Positions 57,984 to 64,000 of a stretch of DNA of 64,000 nucleotides are shown in pieces. The stretch is from an uncultured bacterium (GTDB lineage Bacteria > Omnitrophota > Omnitrophia > Omnitrophales > Abzuiibacteriaceae). A model generated the notes under the pieces. The model saw only the letters and a list, made by a program, of their open reading frames with translations, was not told the DNA's origin and ran no database searches. The position numbers were made by a program, and so were the translations under genes. Location: assembly GCA_964387845.1 (NCBI GenBank), contig CAYLXA010000011.1, positions 34,715-98,714 on the forward strand, read 5' to 3'. The stretch's first letter is position 1. Each line of letters starts with the position of its first letter.

Positions 57984-58337
57984 ATGTTTATCGAGGTCGA
58001 GCCCAATCCCAACTGCAAGAAAAGCGATTTATTTGTTTTTAATGAAATGGAAAGCCCGAAGCCGGTTGCGGGTTTGAAACTCACGAGAAAAGGTGCTGAT
58101 ATCACAGCCGATGTGACGGGCGTTGATGCGGGCGGAAAATTCGTGCAGGCATTTGCGCAAAAAGTGCAGGATTCAGGCGCCGGTTTCGGTTTTCTAATTT
58201 TCGGCGGCGCGTGGGGAATCCGCCTGAGGCCTTCGGATTTAAGGCATGAAAAATGGGACCTGGCGAATCCGAATCAATGGGGCGAGGCCTATTTGGTTTA
58301 TGCAGATGAGGAAGGGATCATCGCTCCTCCTCATTAA
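57984..58337 (+). CDS. hypothetical protein (117 aa), no recognisable motifs
   Basis: ORF in an operonic position after the deacetylase. Gly-rich central region (GVDAGGKF...SGAGFGFLIFGGAWG). Confidence 0.4.
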   Translation: MFIEVEPNPNCKKSDLFVFNEMESPKPVAGLKLTRKGADITADVTGVDAGGKFVQAFAQKVQDSGAGFGFLIFGGAWGIRLRPSDLRHEKWDLANPNQWGEAYLVYADEEGIIAPPH

Positions 58338-58417
58338 ACAGTTCGGGAAAATATTAATCAGAGAGGAGCGTTGCCCCTAGGAGCGAAGCGACGTGGGGTT
58401 ATCTTAAGGAGTTAATC

Positions 58418-58768
58418 ATGAGCGAAATTACAGTTTATCAAAAACCGACCTGCACAACTTGCAAGCAAGTGTATGCCGCGCTGAAAGAAAGCGGTGTTGA
58501 TTTTAATTCGGTGAATTATTATGTCGATCCGATCTCAAAACCCAAACTCAAAGAACTGCTGAGAAAAATGAACATTTCTGCCGCCGAACTTCTCCGCAAG
58601 AAAGAAGATATCTACAAAACGCTGGAATTGGCCGACAAGAAACTTTCCGAAGACCAGATTGTGGAATTGATGGTGAAGCACCCGGATCTCATTCAGCGTC
58701 CGATTGTTGAGAAGGGAAACCGTGCGATTCTTGCCCGCCCTGCCGAACGTTTGAAAGAAATCCTCTAA
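58418..58768 (+). CDS. Spx/ArsC/YffB-family thioredoxin-fold protein with CxxC
   Basis: AAGGAG Shine-Dalgarno upstream. ITVYQKPTCTTCKQ...QRPIVEKG pattern parallels Spx/ArsC-family proteins. Confidence 0.75.
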   Translation: MSEITVYQKPTCTTCKQVYAALKESGVDFNSVNYYVDPISKPKLKELLRKMNISAAELLRKKEDIYKTLELADKKLSEDQIVELMVKHPDLIQRPIVEKGNRAILARPAERLKEIL

Positions 58769-58936
58769 TTCAGTTAGTTCTTGAAAAGGACTAATTTCCT
58801 AACTTCTTAAAGACTTTTCTAACAAAAAATCTCGTCACGACAGATGTAAATCTGGTGATACTAGATTTTTCATGTTTTTTAAATGCCGGACATTGACACA
58901 GTCAATTTGGTTGTGTAACTTTTACGCAAACCAGTC

Positions 58937-61900
58937 ATGAATTCGACCCTTGCTAATCGTTCAGAAACCGGAAGTTTTTCGCGAAGTAAAAACCACCGGC
59001 CCCTCTTTGTTCTTATTTTTCTTTACGCTATGTTTTTCCTGGTTTCGAAACCATCCTTTGCCGACACCATTGTTCCGGGCGGGAATATTTCATCTAACAT
59101 AACCTGGACTTCCGCCGGAAGTCCGTACATTGTTCAGGGTAGTATCACGGTTAGTTCGGGCACTTTAACCATTGAACCGGGTGTTGTCGTAAAAGCAGAG
59201 CCAAATGCAAACGTAGAAATCCGGACTTCCGGTGGAAAACTTTTTGCGGAAGGAACGTTAGAAGAGCCAATTTTGTTTACTTCAAACAGCGCAAATCCTT
59301 CCCCGGGCGAGTGGAAAGGCATTTTCTTTGATGGAGGCACCGCGACCGATTCGTCTCTTAAGCACTGCACAATTGCCTATGCTCAGAATGGAATCCGAAT
59401 TAGTCAAAATGTTTTTATGTTTGTGCAAAACACCACGTTTCAAAACAATTCAAGCGTTGCTGTTTCAGCGCCTACTCTCAAAGAAACCCGTAATTTCGGC
59501 TCTGGAAACACTTATATTGGAAATGGCAGAGATGCAATTGAGTGGACTGCTACCTTAACCGCTACGGTCGATCAAGATATGACACTTGCCAGTCAAGGTG
59601 TCCCGTATATTGCGAATGGGAGTATCAACGTAGCTCGTTTTGTTGGTCTTTCGACTATGACTGTCCAGCCTGGTGTTGAAATCCGATTTAAACCGAATCA
59701 AAATCTAAAATTTGAAGTTGGCGGAGGTGGTTGGCAGGGCAGAGTACTTTTTCAAGGCTCGCAAGCTCAGCCGATCCGTTTAACAGTTGATAGCCAGAAC
59801 CCTACGCCCGGAAGCTGGCAGGGAATTCGGTTTGACACTGGAGCACAGCCAGGTTTTATCCTAGATTATGTCATTTTTGAATATGCCGGCGCCCCCGCTG
59901 TTAGTGTTCCGCAGGATCTTGGTTTTTATACCATCTCCCATTCTACTATTCGTCATTCATCCGGAATCGGCGTATCTTTAAGAGGGAATGGCGCGTTACA
60001 AAATAACATTATAGAAAATAATGGCGGTCAAGGAATTGAAATTTTATCCGGTTCACCATCCATCCTATCCAACACGGTTCAACAAAATGCATCAACGGGT
60101 CTTTTGATGCAATCAAATGCGGGAACTCCATTAATTGATGACAACCATTTTCTGAATAATGGAAGCCGAGCTGCGAACATCTATTCATTAAGGCAAATTC
60201 GCAATATGACTCAGAATAATACTTTTTCCGGAATAACCAATCCAATTTGCCAATGTATTGAATTTATGAATACGGCACCTACTTTGATTAATTATGATAC
60301 GACACTTTATGATTTTACTTACCCTTATGTGTTTAATGGAAGTATCCAGGTTTATCGGGAAGTTCCTCCACATTCAACATTAACCATTCAACCTGGAACC
60401 GAACTTAAATTTAAGCCAGGCCAGAATTTAATCCTCGGAATTGGATATAGACCCAACCAGTATGTGGGCGCTTTAGTTGCTTTAGGCGATGATCAAAATC
60501 CTATTCGTTTTAGTTCTGCTGCTGCAGTGCCGGCACCCGGCGATTGGCAAGGGTTGAAATTGGAAGGATTTATGATTCCCGATCAAATGTCCAATGTGAT
60601 AGTTGAGCATGCCGGAAATGCCGGTATTACCGTATGGGATACGCATCTTGAAATTAACAATTCGACCATCCAAAATAATTCCGGCGATGGTATGCAAATC
60701 GTTGGTTCCGGCCAGCTGGATGTGAAAAACACTTCATTTCTCTCTAACGGATTAAAAGCCATTAATCATACAGGATCTTCCGGCGCGGTACTCGCTCCGC
60801 TTAATTGGTTCGGAAGTTCGAACGAGCCATCCGCACAAGTTTCAGGTAGTGTTCAATATGAACCTTGGCTTATTTCAGCACCAACGACGCCGTTTCAATG
60901 GACAGCGGCCAATCTTTCATCCAAACAGTTTAATCCCGACGAAAGTTCGGCAACATTTCAATTTAGTCATCCGGAAGCTGCCAATTGGATGCTTGAAATT
61001 TTAAATTCAGACCTCAGCCAGGTACTAAAAACGATCAAGGGGCAAGGCCCGAATCCGTCCATTATTGAATGGAATGGAAATGATGATAGTAAAGAATTTT
61101 TGCCGGATGGTATGTATAAGTATCGTTTTAGCGGCTCAAGCCAAATAACCAGCCAACAGGCTGCGCCTGCGTTGGGCAACATTCAATTAAATAATGCGTT
61201 GCCTGCGGCGGAAATTATTTTGCCGACCGCTTCTCAAATTATTCCCGGCCATACAATTGTGCAAATCCAAGGAACTGCTCAAGGAAAGGGTTTCACCAAT
61301 TACACAGTCGAACGTTTTGATACGTTTCAGCAAAACAATTTTGTCCAAATTGCGGCAAGTACTTCTCCTGTTTCGGACGGTGTGCTGGCCAATTGGGATA
61401 CCGGAAATTTAGCCAACCCCATTTTCAAAACTTTGCGTTTAAGCGTTAATAATAATGCTTCTCATACCGCATTTGTTGAAATTCCGGTGACCATTTTTAA
61501 TATCTTTAATATTGCAAGTTCTCAAGGTTTTATTTCACCCAACGGCGATGGCTTGTTTGAATCCACGACAATTTCTGCAAACAGCACTTTAACTGCGGAT
61601 TGGTTGCTCCAAATTAAGAATTCTGTTAATCAAGTTGTTCGAACCGTTAATGCTGCCAATGAATCATTTTTCTCATTCGAATGGAATGGCAAGGACGACA
61701 GCAATGTTTTATTGCCTGACGGTGTTTATACCTATCATTTTACAATCACAGAGCCTGACTCGGGAGTGAATGTGCCTGCACAGCAAGGTCCGAGCGTTAT
61801 TGTCATCGATACAACAGTGCCGCAGCTTGCGATAAGCGATCCACAGATAGATCAGGTAGTTTTTGGGCTTTCATTTCCTGTAATCGGCACCGTGAGTGAT

Positions 61901-63046
61901 TTGAATATTCTTAGTTACAAAATGTTTTATGCAAATGCCGAAAATCCGAACAATTTTATTCAGTTTGCAAATGGTTCTTCAAACGTAAACAACAGTTTGC
62001 TTGGCGTCTGGACAAATTTAATCAATTTGACCAATGGCGGATACATAATCCAACTGCAGGCGACCGATCGAGGCGGCAATACAGCCGAAATTTTTGTGCC
62101 GGTTCAGCTTGACAATATCACCATTACGAATGTTGATCGTGCGCCGCTATTTTTTGATCCGCTCAATAGTGAAACAACCCAGATTTCTTATGCAATTAAC
62201 CATGATGCTTTTATAACGATCAGGATTTTTACCGAGACAAACGGTCAATTGGTTCGAACTTTGGTTAACCAAGCTCCCAAAAAAGCCGGTACCAATTTTG
62301 ACGTTTGGGACGGCCGCAATAACTCCAACCAACCGATTCCTTATGAAGCGTATTATTTCCGAATTGATGCTGAATCTCAAGCCGGAGAAGGCCGTCATGG
62401 TCAATTTGTTGATGTATTTGGCGGGTCGCCCGGGCCTAATGATTTTGAAGTTAATTTGCAAAATCTAGATTTTAATCCTTATCAAAATGAAGAATTGCTC
62501 ATTCAATACCCGGTGCATGCTCCCGGCCGTCAATTGGTGGAAATTCGTCAGGGGAATACCGCGACACGGCTTCGATTAATTGTGGAGAACGAGCCAAAAA
62601 TTCAAGGTTTAAGAACGGACAGATGGGACGGCCGCGATGATAATGGAAATATTTATTCCGGCTCTTATCATCTCTTTTTTGGAATCGCAGTTCCATTTCG
62701 CAGCAAAACCATTATTCTCAAAAACACACTTCCGGCACCTGACAATCTTTTATCAGAACCTTACTTGATCATTCCCGCATACGCTGGAGTGAGCAGCTTG
62801 CAATATGATTTATCCGAAGAATCCGGTGTTACAGTTATCGTGAAGGATTCCTTAGGTAATTATGTCAGAACTTTACTGGATCAAGTGGTTCAAGCAGCGG
62901 GAAATTACTCTGTGCTATGGGACGGAAAAAATGATTTAGGCGAATTTATTTCGGGGACCGGCAATTATTATTTCTACGTTCAAGCGGCACGGTCAGGCTC
63001 AAGCGAATCAGTTCAGGCGATAGGGAATATTCGGGTGCAAAATTGA
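58937..63046 (+). CDS. 1369-aa secreted surface protein: signal peptide, ~650 aa of right-handed parallel beta-helix repeats (pectate-lyase/NosD-like), then five FlgD-Ig-like domains
   Basis: Signal peptide LFVLIFLYAMFFLVSKPSFA. Recurring beta-helix turns (NNSGDG, GNGA, TIQNN). Five modules with the W-x-G-x-D...G-x-Y signature (EWNGNDDSKEFLPDGMYKY, FEWNGKDDSNVLLPDGVYTY, VWDGRNNSNQPIPYEAYYF, RWDGRDDNGNIYSGSYHLF, LWDGKNDLGEFISGTGNYYF). Confidence 0.8.
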   Translation: MNSTLANRSETGSFSRSKNHRPLFVLIFLYAMFFLVSKPSFADTIVPGGNISSNITWTSAGSPYIVQGSITVSSGTLTIEPGVVVKAEPNANVEIRTSGGKLFAEGTLEEPILFTSNSANPSPGEWKGIFFDGGTATDSSLKHCTIAYAQNGIRISQNVFMFVQNTTFQNNSSVAVSAPTLKETRNFGSGNTYIGNGRDAIEWTATLTATVDQDMTLASQGVPYIANGSINVARFVGLSTMTVQPGVEIRFKPNQNLKFEVGGGGWQGRVLFQGSQAQPIRLTVDSQNPTPGSWQGIRFDTGAQPGFILDYVIFEYAGAPAVSVPQDLGFYTISHSTIRHSSGIGVSLRGNGALQNNIIENNGGQGIEILSGSPSILSNTVQQNASTGLLMQSNAGTPLIDDNHFLNNGSRAANIYSLRQIRNMTQNNTFSGITNPICQCIEFMNTAPTLINYDTTLYDFTYPYVFNGSIQVYREVPPHSTLTIQPGTELKFKPGQNLILGIGYRPNQYVGALVALGDDQNPIRFSSAAAVPAPGDWQGLKLEGFMIPDQMSNVIVEHAGNAGITVWDTHLEINNSTIQNNSGDGMQIVGSGQLDVKNTSFLSNGLKAINHTGSSGAVLAPLNWFGSSNEPSAQVSGSVQYEPWLISAPTTPFQWTAANLSSKQFNPDESSATFQFSHPEAANWMLEILNSDLSQVLKTIKGQGPNPSIIEWNGNDDSKEFLPDGMYKYRFSGSSQITSQQAAPALGNIQLNNALPAAEIILPTASQIIPGHTIVQIQGTAQGKGFTNYTVERFDTFQQNNFVQIAASTSPVSDGVLANWDTGNLANPIFKTLRLSVNNNASHTAFVEIPVTIFNIFNIASSQGFISPNGDGLFESTTISANSTLTADWLLQIKNSVNQVVRTVNAANESFFSFEWNGKDDSNVLLPDGVYTYHFTITEPDSGVNVPAQQGPSVIVIDTTVPQLAISDPQIDQVVFGLSFPVIGTVSDLNILSYKMFYANAENPNNFIQFANGSSNVNNSLLGVWTNLINLTNGGYIIQLQATDRGGNTAEIFVPVQLDNITITNVDRAPLFFDPLNSETTQISYAINHDAFITIRIFTETNGQLVRTLVNQAPKKAGTNFDVWDGRNNSNQPIPYEAYYFRIDAESQAGEGRHGQFVDVFGGSPGPNDFEVNLQNLDFNPYQNEELLIQYPVHAPGRQLVEIRQGNTATRLRLIVENEPKIQGLRTDRWDGRDDNGNIYSGSYHLFFGIAVPFRSKTIILKNTLPAPDNLLSEPYLIIPAYAGVSSLQYDLSEESGVTVIVKDSLGNYVRTLLDQVVQAAGNYSVLWDGKNDLGEFISGTGNYYFYVQAARSGSSESVQAIGNIRVQN

Positions 63047-64000
63047 TTTCAAAATTACTATATAAACTTGTCGGCCTTTTTTTAATTGTAAGTATGGCGA
63101 CTCAGCCGGTGTATGCCGCCGAAAACTTCAAATTAAATGGCGGCACATTGCCGCCTGCTCCGCATGATCCAAATGAACAGGCAGGCCAAACGCCGTGCCG
63201 GGGCGATAGCGAAAGCTGTGGGGATAATCCGGTGGATCCGGTTTACCTCGACCGCGGGGAATTTATTTACCGCGCAACCGACCTCATGCTTCCGGGCCGC
63301 GGGATTAATTTAGAGCTCAAGCGAACTTATCGTTCCAACTCGGCTTACCATTCCCAATTCGGTTACGGCTGGGATATTAACTACAACATGAAAATCCGCA
63401 AAATGGCGGACGGCTCTTTTACATTTCTTTCAGGCACAAACAGAAAAGAAGGCCTTCAAGCCGGCGGCGGAGGGCCTGCGGGATTTTATGACACTCTGGA
63501 AGTTCTGCCAAACAACACTTACATTTTGACGCGTAAACACGGTGACAAAGTTTTCTTTGATAGCAATGGCAACGCCACACGCATGGAAGACAGGTTCGGT
63601 AATTTTCTCACGCTTACCTATGATCCGGCCGGCGCGCTTCCGTTAACAGGTCCTTCTGCTTATTTTGTTAATCAAACCGAAGGCGTTGTGGCGCTTGAAT
63701 ATCGCCTGATGCGCGTTGAAGATTCGCAAGGCCGTTATTTTCAATTTTTCTATGACTCAAGAGGCCGGCTTGACTATGTGACCGATTCAACAGGAAGAAC
63801 CGTTGATTATGAATATGATTCTAACAATGACCTTCGCTCCATCACATCGCCGGCGGTCGAAGAGTATCCGGAAGGCCTCACAACCTCATTTACTTACAAC
63901 ACCAAACACAAGCTGGAAACGGTTACGAATCCCCGCAACCAAACGTTCGTTACCAACGTTTATAATGCGCAAGGGAAAATTCAAACTCAAACGATGCTTG
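63043..64000 (+). CDS. RHS/YD-repeat protein (polymorphic toxin family), 3' truncated by the window end
   Basis: TTG start inside ATTGA, overlapping the upstream stop. Signal peptide ISKLLYKLVGLFLIVSMATQPVYA. Hallmark RHS N-terminal region DPVYLDRGEFIYRATDLMLPGRGINLELKRTYRSNSAYHSQFGYGWD, followed by YD repeats (YEYDSNNDL, GRLDYVTDSTGR). Open frame to position 64000. Confidence 0.7.
   Translation, partial: MISKLLYKLVGLFLIVSMATQPVYAAENFKLNGGTLPPAPHDPNEQAGQTPCRGDSESCGDNPVDPVYLDRGEFIYRATDLMLPGRGINLELKRTYRSNSAYHSQFGYGWDINYNMKIRKMADGSFTFLSGTNRKEGLQAGGGGPAGFYDTLEVLPNNTYILTRKHGDKVFFDSNGNATRMEDRFGNFLTLTYDPAGALPLTGPSAYFVNQTEGVVALEYRLMRVEDSQGRYFQFFYDSRGRLDYVTDSTGRTVDYEYDSNNDLRSITSPAVEEYPEGLTTSFTYNTKHKLETVTNPRNQTFVTNVYNAQGKIQTQTML

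Overview
The window is a 64 kb, ~50% GC chromosomal segment of a diderm (LPS-producing) bacterium. It is densely coding, and almost every gene from 6.7 kb to the end lies on the + strand.

Content in order:
- Nitrogen module: the 3' part of an NtrC-type sigma-54 activator, a transporter with a universal-stress-protein (USP) domain, and a sigma-54 promoter driving amtB-glnK.
- Lipid A genes: lpxB and a Gfo/Idh/MocA oxidoreductase on the - strand, then an MsbA-like ABC exporter.
- Translation cluster: rpsB-tsf-pyrH-frr, followed by tRNA-Lys and tRNA-Glu.
- Envelope module: a membrane-embedded (GT-C type) glycosyltransferase, a small secreted peptide and a PAP2 phosphatase.
- An unusual pair: a bactofilin fused to an excisionase-type HTH domain, and a membrane-anchored protein with the same HTH.
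- acpS, a ChbG/YdjC deacetylase and surE; then tRNA-Ala and tRNA-Leu(CAA) directly upstream of leuS.
- A GH35 beta-galactosidase and a GspA/GspB-like pair.
- LPS sugar genes: an HldE kinase domain, then kdsB-pyrG-kdsA-kdsD.
- An operon with a secreted esterase, ilvBNC and leuA, followed by aroE-pilD-aroC-aroK-aroB.
- dprA, an RDD protein, a coiled-coil orphan, thiS, topA and a XerC/D recombinase.
- A large LPS inner-core block: waaA, lpxK, an LpxL::ELM1-like fusion, a GT4::GT9 fusion and four more GT9 heptosyltransferase genes, a DUF3108 lipoprotein and a CE4 deacetylase.
- An Spx/ArsC-like protein; a 1369-aa secreted beta-helix/FlgD-Ig protein translationally coupled to the start of an RHS/YD-repeat toxin, which is cut by the window end.

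No CRISPR array, transposase or prophage was seen.

The most unusual things are:
- the bactofilin-HTH / HTH-membrane gene pair, with a consensus promoter and a perfect palindrome upstream;
- a family of intergenic hairpins built from tandem heptamer repeats;
- an expanded five-domain GT9 array with two fusion proteins;
- a promoter / leader-ORF / attenuator in front of the esterase-ilv-leu operon;
- the beta-helix adhesin-RHS toxin locus.
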